Source: Eubacteriales bacterium (lineage in GTDB: Bacteria; Bacillota; Clostridia; Oscillospirales; CAG-272). From it: a stretch of 64,000 nucleotides of DNA. The notes below the pieces were generated by a model. It did not search any database. It had not been told where the DNA came from and worked only from the letters and a program-made list of their open reading frames with translations. Where the stretch lies: positions 644-64,643 of the forward strand of contig JBGVRH010000051.1 in the NCBI GenBank assembly GCA_045128275.1. The letters are read 5' to 3'. Below are positions 1-10,164 of this stretch, piece by piece. Made by a program: the position numbers and the translations under genes. How positions within the stretch are numbered: the stretch's first letter is position 1; every line of letters starts with the position of its first letter.

Positions 1-1353
1 AGCTTCCCGCATGGAGGCGTAGTCGTCGGTGGTTCCCTGTACCGACTTGATCTTGAAGTAGCGGTAATCCGCCTTGTTGAACTTGCCGTCCTCGCAGACG
101 ATCATGCCCGCCGTGAGATGCTCGGTACCCAGGTTGGAGATATCGTAGGCCTCAATGCGGGTGGGGTAGGTGGGCAGCTCCAATAGCTCGGCCAGCCGCG
201 CCAGAGCCCCCTCGTCCTTTTCGGCATCCAGGCGGTGGCGGCGTACCTTCTCGGCGGCGTTGGAGCGTACCAGCTCGCACAGGGTATGATTAGCTCCCCG
301 CTCGGGGGTCCGGATGGTGACCTTATGACCCGCCAGCTCGGTGAGGTACTGGGAAAGTCCCTCCATCTCCTCATCCTCCAGGGGAAAGGACAAGAGGATC
401 TGCTTGGGGATGAACTCGCGGACGCGGTAATGCTCGCAGATGAAGGCCCCCAGAGTCTCCTCATCCAGGATGCGCTCGCCTCCCGCCAGGAATTCTTCCT
501 TGTCCACCACGGCGCCCCCGCGGATGTAGAACACCGACACGCAGGCGGCCACCTCGTCGGCAAAGAAGCCGATGACGTCCTGCTCGGTGTCGGGGGCGGC
601 CACCACGGTCTGCTTCTGGCGCAACCGCTCCAGGGCGTTTATGGTGTCCCGACAGCGGGCGGCGGCCTCAAACCGCTCGGCCTCGGCGTGGGCGTACATC
701 TCCTCGGTGAGGCGGCGCTTGACCTCCCCCGTGTTGCCCCGCAGAATGTCAGCGGCCAGGGAGACCGTAGCGGCGTACTCGGCCTCGGTGACCTTCCCCG
801 TACAGGGGCCGCAGCAGCGACCCATCTGGTAGTAGAGGCAGGGGCGTTCCTTGCCGATATCCCGAGGGAAACGGCGGTTACAGGTGGGAAGGGCCAGGAC
901 GGTACGCAGGGTATCCAGCACCGAAAAAACCGTGGAGACCCCCGAGTAGGGGCCGAAATACTTCCCCCTGTCCTTCTCCCGCTTACGGGTCATGACAAGG
1001 CGGGGATAGGCCTCGTCGGTGATCTTGATGTAGGGGTAGGACTTGGCATCCTTGAGGCGGATGTTGTACTTGGGGGTGTGTTGCTTGATCAGGGTATTCT
1101 CCAGGGTCAGCGCTTCCATCTCGGTGTCGCAGAGGAAATACTCGAAATCCCGCACGGCGGCCACCATGCGGGCGGTCTTGATATTCTTCTCGCTATTCTG
1201 GAAATACTGGGACACGCGGTTCTTGAGCTTGCGGGACTTGCCCACGTAAATGACCCGCCCGTCCCTGTCCTTCATGATGTAGACGCCGGGGGTCAAGGGC
1301 AGGGAGTTGGCCTTGTCCAATAGGGCTCTGCGTTCTTCTTCTTTGGTGGGCAT
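1..1353 (-). CDS. uvrC: Excinuclease ABC subunit C (partial, runs off window start)
   Basis: Manual translation from ATG at 1353 (RBS GAAAGGAG): MPTKEEERRALLDKANSLPLTPGVYIMKDRDGRVIYVGKSRKLKNRVSQYF, a GIY-YIG domain; later RIEAYDISN motif. Absent from the ORF track because there is no stop in the window. Confidence 0.95.
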   Translation of the reverse strand, partial: MPTKEEERRALLDKANSLPLTPGVYIMKDRDGRVIYVGKSRKLKNRVSQYFQNSEKNIKTARMVAAVRDFEYFLCDTEMEALTLENTLIKQHTPKYNIRLKDAKSYPYIKITDEAYPRLVMTRKREKDRGKYFGPYSGVSTVFSVLDTLRTVLALPTCNRRFPRDIGKERPCLYYQMGRCCGPCTGKVTEAEYAATVSLAADILRGNTGEVKRRLTEEMYAHAEAERFEAAARCRDTINALERLRQKQTVVAAPDTEQDVIGFFADEVAACVSVFYIRGGAVVDKEEFLAGGERILDEETLGAFICEHYRVREFIPKQILLSFPLEDEEMEGLSQYLTELAGHKVTIRTPERGANHTLCELVRSNAAEKVRRHRLDAEKDEGALARLAELLELPTYPTRIEAYDISNLGTEHLTAGMIVCEDGKFNKADYRYFKIKSVQGTTDDYASMREA

Positions 1354-1481
1354 GGCGTAGACTCCTTTCCCTGAAATCTGTCAGAACAGACAAACGGCGC
1401 GGGCCTCTGTACCCGCGTGGGTAGTCGCTCGCGCCGTTATATCTCTGCTTTGCTATGTACGATAGCGGAATGGGGACGTGC

Positions 1482-1745
1482 TTACTCGGCGAAGCCGGAG
1501 TTGATGAGGGCGGTCAGACCGTCCAGAGCGGCGTCCTCGTCCTGGCCGTCAGCGATGAGGGTGACGGTCATGCCCTTAGCGATGCCCAGAGAGAGCACGC
1601 CCAGAAGGCTCTTGGCGTTAACCTTGCGGTCGTCCTTCTCCACCCACAGGGTGCACTTGTAGCAGTTGGCTTTCTGAATAAAGAAGGTGGCGGGTCTCGC
1701 GTGCAGACCGCTGGCATTCGTGATGACTACTTCGCGACTTTTCAT
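1482..1745 (-). CDS. ptsH: HPr phosphocarrier protein
   Basis: GLHARPA (His15) and VNAKSLLGVLSL (Ser46) motifs, 87 aa. Confidence 0.93.
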   Translation of the reverse strand: MKSREVVITNASGLHARPATFFIQKANCYKCTLWVEKDDRKVNAKSLLGVLSLGIAKGMTVTLIADGQDEDAALDGLTALINSGFAE

Positions 1746-1965
1746 GACTCATTCTCCTGTTCTGAATATAGACTCGGCCCTGAAGCCGACAAGTATACGG
1801 ACGGTATTGGGGCCCGACGAAAGCCGTCGGAGACCGTCGCGCAGTATGACGATTCTACACCTGTAGTATACCAAAAATCGCAGAAGAAATCAAGTGTCAA
1901 TATTTAGGATTTTTCATAATACCAAAGGCTCTTTTTCTATCATTTTACACAATCGGGCCGCAATT

Positions 1966-2472
1966 TCAGTCATGCTCGGTTATGGAGGTGATGCGGATGG
2001 TCAGCAGGGCGCGGTCGGTGCGCACCTCCAGCACGCTGCCGGGGGTCAGATAGCGGCCGCTGTCCCCGATGAGGAGACTGCCTCCCGAGGCCCAGGTACC
2101 CCCCGTACAGACCATACAGCCCGTAGCGGTGACGCGGTTATCCCCCGTGGCACCCGCGGCGGGGGTCACTTGCAGAGCGACGGTCTGCTCCCCCGTGGCG
2201 GTGTCCCGATAGACCCCGATATAGCCCAGACGGGCGTCGTTCTCATAGAGGTAGACGGCATCAAAGCCCTTCACCTCGGCCAGCACGTTCTCGTGGGTCT
2301 CCAGCACCTCGAAGTAGACGCGGTGCATGGCGGGATCCGCCTCAGCATCCCGACGGGCGGCGTAGATCACGCGGTACACAAGCCCTGCCACCGCCACCAC
2401 AATGAGCAGCAGAATGACGGTGTCCACCGCAGACCAGCGTCTTTGATTCCTTTGATTCCAAGTTTTTTCCAT
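1966..2472 (-). CDS. Single-TM membrane protein, DUF4330-like
   Basis: N-terminal VDTVILLLIVVAVAG TM then beta-rich domain; resembles neighbouring ORF. Confidence 0.65.
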   Translation of the reverse strand: MEKTWNQRNQRRWSAVDTVILLLIVVAVAGLVYRVIYAARRDAEADPAMHRVYFEVLETHENVLAEVKGFDAVYLYENDARLGYIGVYRDTATGEQTVALQVTPAAGATGDNRVTATGCMVCTGGTWASGGSLLIGDSGRYLTPGSVLEVRTDRALLTIRITSITEHD

Positions 2473-2484
2473 ATCGGTCTCCTC

Positions 2485-3156
2485 TCAACCCTGGGCGTCG
2501 GGGTCGACCTCGTCGGGCTCTGCCATGACGGTGCCCTCTTCGGTGACGGTCTCGTCGCTCTTTTCATGCATGGAGATCACGGTACCCTCGGCCACCATGC
2601 CCTCGGCGCGGAAGCTGCCCTCCATGCCCGCCAGCAGAGTGGTCACGCCCATGCGGTAGCCCTTGCCCTCGCGGTAATGGGCAGAGGCCTCCACCGTCAG
2701 GTAGAGGGTCAGGGTATTGGCCCCGTCCTCCCCCGATACCAGCACGGTACGGACGTCGGTAACGGTGCCGAGGCAGTCGGCATCGGTGCGGTCGGAGCTC
2801 CACAGGGGGTGTCCCGTCATGGTGGGACGGCCGTCCTGGCCGTACTTGACCATAGCGGGGTCGATGCCCGTGATCTCCACACAGAAGACCACCTCGCGGG
2901 TCTCCCAGGTAGGCGCGTACATTTCACGGATGGCGCGGTAAGCGAAAATACCGCCGATCACAAGGCCGATCACCACCGCCAGCAGAATGAGATCCACCAC
3001 CAGGGTGACCCATCCGCGGTTGCCGGGACGCTTGAGCCCCACCTTACCGATCCCCTTGCTTTCCTTCCCCTCGGGGGAGGCGGGGCGATGAACCGTGGCA
3101 CTGTCCGCCAGGCTGGAGGCCTTGGGGTCGCTGCTATGACGTTTGAAAGAAGCCAT
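2485..3156 (-). CDS. Single-TM membrane protein, DUF4330-like
   Basis: RBS AAAGGAG before MASFKR; VVDLILLAVVIGLVIGG TM then beta-rich domain. Confidence 0.65.
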   Translation of the reverse strand: MASFKRHSSDPKASSLADSATVHRPASPEGKESKGIGKVGLKRPGNRGWVTLVVDLILLAVVIGLVIGGIFAYRAIREMYAPTWETREVVFCVEITGIDPAMVKYGQDGRPTMTGHPLWSSDRTDADCLGTVTDVRTVLVSGEDGANTLTLYLTVEASAHYREGKGYRMGVTTLLAGMEGSFRAEGMVAEGTVISMHEKSDETVTEEGTVMAEPDEVDPDAQG

Positions 3157-3192
3157 ATGCTTACTCCTTTGCTGTAGCAATAGATCCGAATC

Positions 3193-5130
3193 TCACCCTC
3201 GGAAAAGCACCCGATCCTCCTCGGTGGGAGTACCCGCCCGACGGGCGGTGAGGACGTCGCTTTCGTCAAAGATCAGATTCTCGTAGGCACTGCACAGGGC
3301 AATGACCAGGATGAGGGTAAAGAACACGCGGGGAGAGGTGATGAAGCTCCGTACCGAGCCGAAGATCAAAGCACCTACCATGCTGGTAATGCCGCCCAGG
3401 ATCATGGCGCGATCCCTGCGGTCGGCGGTGTAGCCCAGGCAGGTCAGTCCCTTCTGGAAGAAGAGGAACAGGAGGGCAGCGAAGATCAGAAGTCCCGCCC
3501 AGCCGTAGCCCAGGAGAAGCTCGAAGTAGAGGCTTCCGCTCTCGGTCACGGCTCCCAGATCGGGAGCGGCGTAGGAGGGATAGATCTCCCGGAAGGCGGC
3601 ATCCCCGATACCGATGCCCGCGGGATGATCCAGAACCATTTTCCACAGGCTTTCGGAAAGCAGCGCCTTGAAGTGGCGGCTTCGGGACAGGATCACCCGC
3701 ACCGACTCCGAGATGGGGAACAGGTAGGACACCCACAGACCGCCGCAGACCACGGCAGGCAGGGCAATGAGTCCCGCCGAAAGCCCCTTATACCCCGAGA
3801 GCAGGATGAACAGCACCGTCACCGCAATGATGCAGAAGAGGGCGCTGACCGAATCGGTCATGAAGATGAGGGCCATATCCAGGGCGATGAAAACCAGGGC
3901 CGACACGCGGCGCAGAAGCCGCTTGGTATGGCCGAGGTAGGCGTAGAGCCAGGGGAAGACCAGGACGAGGTATAGCTCGGAATGCTCCAGCCACAGCCCC
4001 GACAGCTTTTCGATGAGATCCTCCATCCCCGTGATGATGGCGTTGCCGCCGCGAGAGCCCTCCAGCCAGCTGAGATCGTCCACAGGGACGATCCGCAGGT
4101 AAGCCAGAAGGGTCACCACCACCACCGAGATCCCCACGCCCAGAAGGCAACGGCGGATGTATTCACGGGTAGTCATGAGGTTGACGATGAGGAAGTAGTC
4201 GGAAAGACAGATGAACAGCAGAACCCCGGTTAGTGCCGACTCACGGGATGTCGCTATCCCCGTAAAGCCCGAGAGCAGAATGAGGCACCCGAAGATCAGC
4301 ACCACGGTATCCAGAAGGCCAAAGCGGATGGTGCGGTGGAGGAACAGGAGCTTGACGCCGTAGCTCAGCCAGGTCAAGAGGATCACGGCGCAGAGAGGGA
4401 TCAGAAGATTCCGATCCAGCCAGATGGCGGGGAGCAGAACGGTGGACAGCACCACCCCCGCCTCGGGGTAGGTGAACACCAATCCCAAAGCCCCCGCCCC
4501 CAACAGAATGGCGGGGATCAGCAGAGGATGGGTCAGCAGGGCCCCCACCGCCGAGAGTAAGGACAGGAAGACGGTCAGATAGGGCAGGACGGCGGGAATT
4601 CTTTGCCGAGGCTGCTCCAGGCGGTCTCGCGGAATGCCCAGAAAACGGACGAAAATGAGGTAGGGAAGCCGCCCCGTTCCCATGGTCTCGGCCAGGGTCT
4701 TTTTGGTCAGCATCAAGGGGATAGCCAGCAAAGCCAGCACCGCCGACAGCACCAGATGCTCCAGGTCGGGGGCTATGGCCTTGTAGATCAAGGGCAGGGT
4801 AAAGTAGCCGGCTACGCCCAAAAGCCCGTAGACCAGCAGAAACAGGCCATAGAGCCACAGAGGCAGGCAGAACAGAGCATGGGACAAAGCACCGATGCCC
4901 TTGAACAGGTAGCCCGATTCCACCGCCGTCAACAGCCTCAGTCGGGCGGGGGACATGGGGGTACAGCGGTGGCGGCCGGGATAGCGGCGGCCCTTGGCGA
5001 AGGCATCATCCAGCTTGCGGTAGCCCGTACAGATCCGTCCGAGCCAGGAGCCCGCGATGAGCCCGTAGAGGCGGGCGGTGCCGCGGTTCAGCGTGTGCCA
5101 AAGAATTCCCTTGCGGGTGGTTTTGGCCAT
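3193..5130 (-). CDS. Polytopic membrane protein, O-antigen ligase/Wzy-like
   Basis: Many TM segments; LWKMVLDHPAGIGIG..F..IY and LYFELLLGYGWAGL motifs typical of Wzy_C. Confidence 0.7.
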   Translation of the reverse strand: MAKTTRKGILWHTLNRGTARLYGLIAGSWLGRICTGYRKLDDAFAKGRRYPGRHRCTPMSPARLRLLTAVESGYLFKGIGALSHALFCLPLWLYGLFLLVYGLLGVAGYFTLPLIYKAIAPDLEHLVLSAVLALLAIPLMLTKKTLAETMGTGRLPYLIFVRFLGIPRDRLEQPRQRIPAVLPYLTVFLSLLSAVGALLTHPLLIPAILLGAGALGLVFTYPEAGVVLSTVLLPAIWLDRNLLIPLCAVILLTWLSYGVKLLFLHRTIRFGLLDTVVLIFGCLILLSGFTGIATSRESALTGVLLFICLSDYFLIVNLMTTREYIRRCLLGVGISVVVVTLLAYLRIVPVDDLSWLEGSRGGNAIITGMEDLIEKLSGLWLEHSELYLVLVFPWLYAYLGHTKRLLRRVSALVFIALDMALIFMTDSVSALFCIIAVTVLFILLSGYKGLSAGLIALPAVVCGGLWVSYLFPISESVRVILSRSRHFKALLSESLWKMVLDHPAGIGIGDAAFREIYPSYAAPDLGAVTESGSLYFELLLGYGWAGLLIFAALLFLFFQKGLTCLGYTADRRDRAMILGGITSMVGALIFGSVRSFITSPRVFFTLILVIALCSAYENLIFDESDVLTARRAGTPTEEDRVLFRG

Positions 5131-5196
5131 GTTCTCCCCTCCTTTCTGTGGGTTTGGGGTGGTTATGGGGATAGGACCCCTATGGTATCGCTGCGG

Positions 5197-5919
5197 TTAC
5201 TTGTTTCCGTCGGAGGTCTCCTCCTCGGGCAGGAGGTCGGGGCGCTGACGGCGGGTCAGCTCCAGAGCCGCCTCATGCCGCCAGGCATCGATCTTCTTGT
5301 GGTCTCCCGACAGAAGCACGGGAGGCACCTTCATGCCGTGGTAATCCACGGGTCTTGTATACTGGGGGTATTCCAAAAGCCCCGAGGAAATGCTCTCGTT
5401 CTCATAGCACTCGGGGGCGGCCAGCACGCCCTCGGTGAGGCGGGCCACGCAATCCACCAGGATGCAGGCGGGGATCTCACCGCCCGTCAGCACGTAGTCT
5501 CCGATGGAGATCTCCTCGTCCACGATCTCCTCCACGATGCGGCGATCCACGCCCTCGTAGTGGCCGCAAAGGAGGATGAGGTTATCGTAATTGGCGGCCA
5601 GCTCCTCGGCGATGGACTGGGTCAGCACCCGCCCGCCGGGGGAGAGGTAGATGACTCTGCGGCGGCCGTCGTAGCCGTCCTTCAGCTGGTCGGCCAGCAC
5701 ACCGCGGTAGCAGTTGTAGATGGGGGGCGCGGCCATGAGCATACCCTTGCCGCCGCCGTAGGGGGTATCGTCCACCCGACGGTGCTTATCCTCGGAGTAG
5801 TCCCGGATGTTGTGAGCCTTGATCACGGTGTAGCCCGCCTCCTGGGCGCGGCCGATGATGCTCTCCCCCAGCACCCGCTCCACCAGCTCGGGGAACAGGG
5901 TCATGATATCGAAGCGCAT
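5197..5919 (-). CDS. trmD: tRNA (guanine37-N1)-methyltransferase
   Basis: VDDTPYGGGKGM, CGHYEGVD, SIGDYVLTGGE, LEYPQYTRP. Confidence 0.98.
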   Translation of the reverse strand: MRFDIMTLFPELVERVLGESIIGRAQEAGYTVIKAHNIRDYSEDKHRRVDDTPYGGGKGMLMAAPPIYNCYRGVLADQLKDGYDGRRRVIYLSPGGRVLTQSIAEELAANYDNLILLCGHYEGVDRRIVEEIVDEEISIGDYVLTGGEIPACILVDCVARLTEGVLAAPECYENESISSGLLEYPQYTRPVDYHGMKVPPVLLSGDHKKIDAWRHEAALELTRRQRPDLLPEEETSDGNK

Positions 5920-6479
5920 CAGTCGTTCTCCTTGTCGGGGTCGGAATTCTCAAACATCCCGTCGATGGGCATCATGCGGACGTACTCACCGGGCACCACC
6001 TCGGTGACGAACACGGGAATGGCGGGAACCAGCACCTCGCGGCCGTCGGGGGTCTTGACGGTGTAGATATCCGAGGCGGCATTGGGGGAGATGTCGGTGA
6101 CGGTGCCCAACACGTTCCCTTCTCTGCCCTCACGGCCATCCAGCACGGGAAGGCCAATGGCATCCGAGAGGAAATACTGCCCCTCCTCCAGGCCGAAGTC
6201 CTCACGGTCGGCGTAAAGCACCGTGTTGCGGAGAGAATCGGCGGCGTTCATGTCGGTAACGCCCTCCAGGGAGAGCATGAGGAAGCGGCCCTGCATGACG
6301 GAGCCCCGCAGGATCTTCATTTCCTTCTTGTTCTCGCCCTCGCCGATAAAGACGCGGCCCAGATCAATGAGGTCGTGGGGAGTGTCGGTCCAGGGCTCGG
6401 CCTTCACGTCACCGTGGCAGCCGTGGGTATTGATGATCTTCCCGCACTCGATGAAGCGGGAGACGTTGCTGTTTTTCAT
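5919..6479 (-). CDS. rimM: 16S rRNA processing protein RimM
   Basis: GKIINTHGCHGDVK, C-terminal PRC barrel (EVLVPAI); adjacent to trmD; start shortened to MKNSN. Confidence 0.93.
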   Translation of the reverse strand: MKNSNVSRFIECGKIINTHGCHGDVKAEPWTDTPHDLIDLGRVFIGEGENKKEMKILRGSVMQGRFLMLSLEGVTDMNAADSLRNTVLYADREDFGLEEGQYFLSDAIGLPVLDGREGREGNVLGTVTDISPNAASDIYTVKTPDGREVLVPAIPVFVTEVVPGEYVRMMPIDGMFENSDPDKEND

Positions 6480-6601
6480 ATCTATGTTCCATCCTTGGTT
6501 ATCTTTAATCAGAAATAGTATATCACAAAATCCGTGAAATTGCAACCGTTTCAAAAAAATAAATGGCAGGATCGGCGGTTTTGCGGCCTTTTTTCACCAA
6601 A

Positions 6602-6634
6602 GAAGCTCCCGAAAACTCGGGAGCTTCCTTTTTT
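6602..6634. terminator. Intrinsic terminator hairpin after GH3 gene
   Basis: GAAGCTCCCGA-AAAC-TCGGGAGCTTC with flanking A/T runs. Confidence 0.7.
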
Positions 6635-6639
6635 ATCCA

Positions 6640-9600
6640 TCATTCACCGTACACGGCAAGCTCATAGATGCTGAACCAATCCTCGCCGTCGCGGATCAAG
6701 CGGATGTAGCGAGCCTCCACATTCAGGTTATCCAGCGCCACGGTCAGCTCGTCCTTTCGACATTCGCGGAGAGTCTCGTAATGCTCTCCGTCGGTGGAAT
6801 ACTCAATGCGGTAGGGCACCCACGCCGCCTCCAGGAAGGCCTCCAGGCTCTTGACCTTGCAGACCTTGCCGAGATCCACCTGCAGCCAGGCCTCCCCCGT
6901 AGGCAGAGAGCCCCAGCGGGTGGTCATATCCCCGTCCACGGCGTTTTCCTTTACGTAAGACCCCTCCTGGGTGGTGGCGGTGACGGGCTTATCCTTGGCA
7001 ATGTTGACCCGCTCGACCTCCTCCTTGCCCGAGGCGATATCCTCGTCGGTGGCCTCATAGGCGCGGAACTCAAAGATGGAGACGTAGTTGCCCCGCGGGA
7101 TCTCCAGGCGGATGAATCGGGTCTTGGCACCGTGGAGGTTGATATCCGTCATCATAGAGCCGTCATCGGTGTAGACCTTATAGGCGGTGAAGGTCTTGCC
7201 GTCCTCCGAGAGGGACAGGGTGAAGGGGGCGTGGATGGACTCCCACAGGATATCCACCTCGCCGATGGCGTAGACCTGACCCAGATCCACCTGCCAGGAG
7301 TGCTTACCCGTAGACAGACCCATGCCGCTCCAGCGGGTGATGGCCGAACCGTCCACAGCGCGATCGGGAGAAAGTGTACCGTTCTCACTGTAGTTGGAGG
7401 AGGCGGGCTTGTTCAGCGCCAGATTCTCCCGCTTCTGGGAGGGATCGGGCACCTTGTAGGTGGCCTTTTGGATGTAGTTGAACTTGGTATCGGGGACACA
7501 CCGATTCTCCACGTCCTGTACCACGGCGATCTCACCCACAGATACGGTGGCCTTGGCCTTGAGATCCGCGGAGGAGGCACCCACCGAGACAGTGTAGTCA
7601 CCCTTGTCTAAAATCCAGCGGCTCTCGGCGGTGTCGTAGGTCATGAGGGACTCCACCGAGGCGCGGATGTACACCCGTTGGGACTCCCCGGGGGCAAGCA
7701 TGTCGGTCTTGGCGAATCCGCACAGCTCCAGCGCCGCCTGCTCCTGAAGGGTCTCGGGCTTGGTGACGTAGAGCTGGATGATCTCCCGTCCCGCCACCGA
7801 GCCGGTGTTGGTCACGGTGACCCAAGCGGAGACAGTCCCGTCGGGGTTCTGCTTGACCGCGAGATCGCTGTATTCATAGCTCGTATAGGACAGACCGAAG
7901 CCGAAGGGGTAGGCCACGCCCACGCCGAAGGTGGTGAAGTAGCGGTAGCCCACGTAGATGTCCTCGTAGTAGGTCACGTCGATGGCACTGCCGGGGAAGT
8001 AGTCGGCGGCGGGGGTGGAATCGTAGCTCACAGGCCAGGTCATGGCGGTCTTGGCGGAGGGATTGACCGCCCCCGTCAGCACGGAGGCCAGGGCGGTACC
8101 GCTTCCCTGCCCCGCGTAGCCCAGGTACAGAATGGCATCCACCTTGTCCCGCCAGGAGACCACCTCCATGGGAGAGCCCATGTTGAGAACCACGATGACC
8201 TTCTTGCCCTTGGCATGGAAGGCCGCCGAGACGCGGTTGATCATGTCGGCCTCGGTGTCGTTGAGCAGGAAGTCGCCCTTGAGGTTGGAGCGATCCTGTC
8301 CCTCGGTGGAGCCGCGGGAGATGACGATGACCGCCGCGTCGGCGCCGTCGGCCATTTCCTTGGCGTAGGCATCGGTCACCACGATGTCCTTGGAGGGATC
8401 CATGGCATCGTGGGCCGCACAGTTCTCAAAGGGATTGTTCTTGGCGTTGACAACCGTCAGACCGTCGGCCCTGCGAAGGCCGTCCATGATATTCACGGTG
8501 GTGTTGGGACTCACACCGCCCGAACCAGCACCGCCGAACACCGTCTGATACGCGCCGTTGCCGAAGACGGCCACCGAGGCATCCTTGGCCAGGGGCAGGG
8601 CGGCATCGGTGTTCTGCAGAAGGATGATGGTATCCGCGGCGGCCTCGGTCGCCACCTTGTTATGCTCCTTGGTGTTGACACGGGTGTTCATCTTCAGCCC
8701 CTTATGGGTGGGAGACTCGGCCACCACGGTGAGGATATGGTAGCAGCAGGCATCCAGGGCGGCATCGGTGATCTTGCCCGCCTTGTAGGCCGCCAGCACG
8801 TCGGCGGGGTCGGTCTCATTACCGGGCATATTCACGTCGTTGCCCGCATTGACCTTATCGGTCATAGAGCCCGCCGCGCCCCAGTCGGACATGACGAAGC
8901 CCTCAAAGCCGAACTCGCCCCGCAGAATATCGGTGAGAAGCTCCCTCTTGACCGAGGTATGCTCCCCGTTGAGGCAGTTGTAGGAGGACATGACGGTGAG
9001 GGGGTCGGCATCGGCCACCACCATACCGAAGGCCTTGAGGTAGATCTCCCGCAGGGCGCGCTCGGTGACGTTGGCGGAGGTAGAGCCGCGGGCGGTCTCC
9101 TGGTTGTTGGCGGCGTAGTGCTTGAGGCAAGCCCCCGCGCCCGTGGATTGCATACCCCGGACGTAGGCGGTGGACATGATCCCCGTGAGGATGGGATCCT
9201 CGGAGCAGTATTCAAAGTTACGCCCGCACAGAACGTTCTTCTGGATGTTCATACCCGGGCCCAGGACGATGTCGATGCCCAGAGCCAGGGAGTCCTCACC
9301 GATGGCCTGTCCCACCTTGGAGATGAGGGCAGGATCCCAGGAGGCGGTGAGATTATGCACCGAGGGATACCACACCGAGGTGCTGTAGCGCACCCCCGCA
9401 GGGCCGTCGTTGACGGTGATGGAGGGGACACCCAGGCGGTCGATGGGGTAGGTACCGCCCGAAGCCCCCGCCTTCACGGGATTCTTCACGCCCGTGACCA
9501 TGTGGGCCTTCTCCTCGGCGGTCATGGCGGCCACCACACAGCGGACACCGTCCGGGGTCAGCTGGGGCAGACCGTTCTTCATCATCAGGGTCATCTCGTC

Positions 9601-10086
9601 CAGCATCTCGCCGTCGGGAGACGTGACACTACCCACGATGGAAAGCTCCCCGTTCAGACGATCGGCGGGGCACTCCAGCACAGCGGTATGCTCTCCGTCG
9701 GCGGCGAAGGATACGTCGGAGATGATCCCGTCCTTGTCGGACAGGGTGAGTTTCACAGTACCCGACAGTCCCTCCTCCTTGGCCTCGGCGGCCATGGTCA
9801 GGGTGATCTTGCCGTCACCCGCCGTCAGGGTATGGGCGATGAGGTCAATCTGATCCCCCAAAGCGGGGATGGCGGGCTGAGTTTCAGGCTCGGTGTCGGC
9901 AGACCCGGTCTCGGCGGGGTCGGCAGTCTCCACCGTCCCGTCTCCCTCGGTGTCTGCGGGATCGGCAGACGTATCGGTGACCGCCGTATCGGAGGCGGTC
10001 TCATCGGGAAGATCATTTCCGCGACAGGACGAAGTAAAAAGCAGGACGGCGATCAGGACCGTCAAAAGCGGCAGGATCTTTTTCAT
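6640..10086 (-). CDS. Lipoprotein GH3 beta-glycosidase with Fn3-like and two F5/8 type C (CBM32) domains
   Basis: Lipobox FTSSC; DGPAGVR, GRNFEYCSEDP, KHYAANNQE, VMSDWGA, YPFGFGLSYT; two NLAL/NIAK..AVDG..TRW..WxQVDLG repeats. Confidence 0.92.
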   Translation of the reverse strand: MKKILPLLTVLIAVLLFTSSCRGNDLPDETASDTAVTDTSADPADTEGDGTVETADPAETGSADTEPETQPAIPALGDQIDLIAHTLTAGDGKITLTMAAEAKEEGLSGTVKLTLSDKDGIISDVSFAADGEHTAVLECPADRLNGELSIVGSVTSPDGEMLDEMTLMMKNGLPQLTPDGVRCVVAAMTAEEKAHMVTGVKNPVKAGASGGTYPIDRLGVPSITVNDGPAGVRYSTSVWYPSVHNLTASWDPALISKVGQAIGEDSLALGIDIVLGPGMNIQKNVLCGRNFEYCSEDPILTGIMSTAYVRGMQSTGAGACLKHYAANNQETARGSTSANVTERALREIYLKAFGMVVADADPLTVMSSYNCLNGEHTSVKRELLTDILRGEFGFEGFVMSDWGAAGSMTDKVNAGNDVNMPGNETDPADVLAAYKAGKITDAALDACCYHILTVVAESPTHKGLKMNTRVNTKEHNKVATEAAADTIILLQNTDAALPLAKDASVAVFGNGAYQTVFGGAGSGGVSPNTTVNIMDGLRRADGLTVVNAKNNPFENCAAHDAMDPSKDIVVTDAYAKEMADGADAAVIVISRGSTEGQDRSNLKGDFLLNDTEADMINRVSAAFHAKGKKVIVVLNMGSPMEVVSWRDKVDAILYLGYAGQGSGTALASVLTGAVNPSAKTAMTWPVSYDSTPAADYFPGSAIDVTYYEDIYVGYRYFTTFGVGVAYPFGFGLSYTSYEYSDLAVKQNPDGTVSAWVTVTNTGSVAGREIIQLYVTKPETLQEQAALELCGFAKTDMLAPGESQRVYIRASVESLMTYDTAESRWILDKGDYTVSVGASSADLKAKATVSVGEIAVVQDVENRCVPDTKFNYIQKATYKVPDPSQKRENLALNKPASSNYSENGTLSPDRAVDGSAITRWSGMGLSTGKHSWQVDLGQVYAIGEVDILWESIHAPFTLSLSEDGKTFTAYKVYTDDGSMMTDINLHGAKTRFIRLEIPRGNYVSIFEFRAYEATDEDIASGKEEVERVNIAKDKPVTATTQEGSYVKENAVDGDMTTRWGSLPTGEAWLQVDLGKVCKVKSLEAFLEAAWVPYRIEYSTDGEHYETLRECRKDELTVALDNLNVEARYIRLIRDGEDWFSIYELAVYGE

Positions 10087-10164
10087 GATCGGAACTCCTT
10101 TTCAAGATCAGTCGGATAAAAACACAAGGGGAGCCTCCCCAAACGGCAAAAGCTCCCCCAAGGA

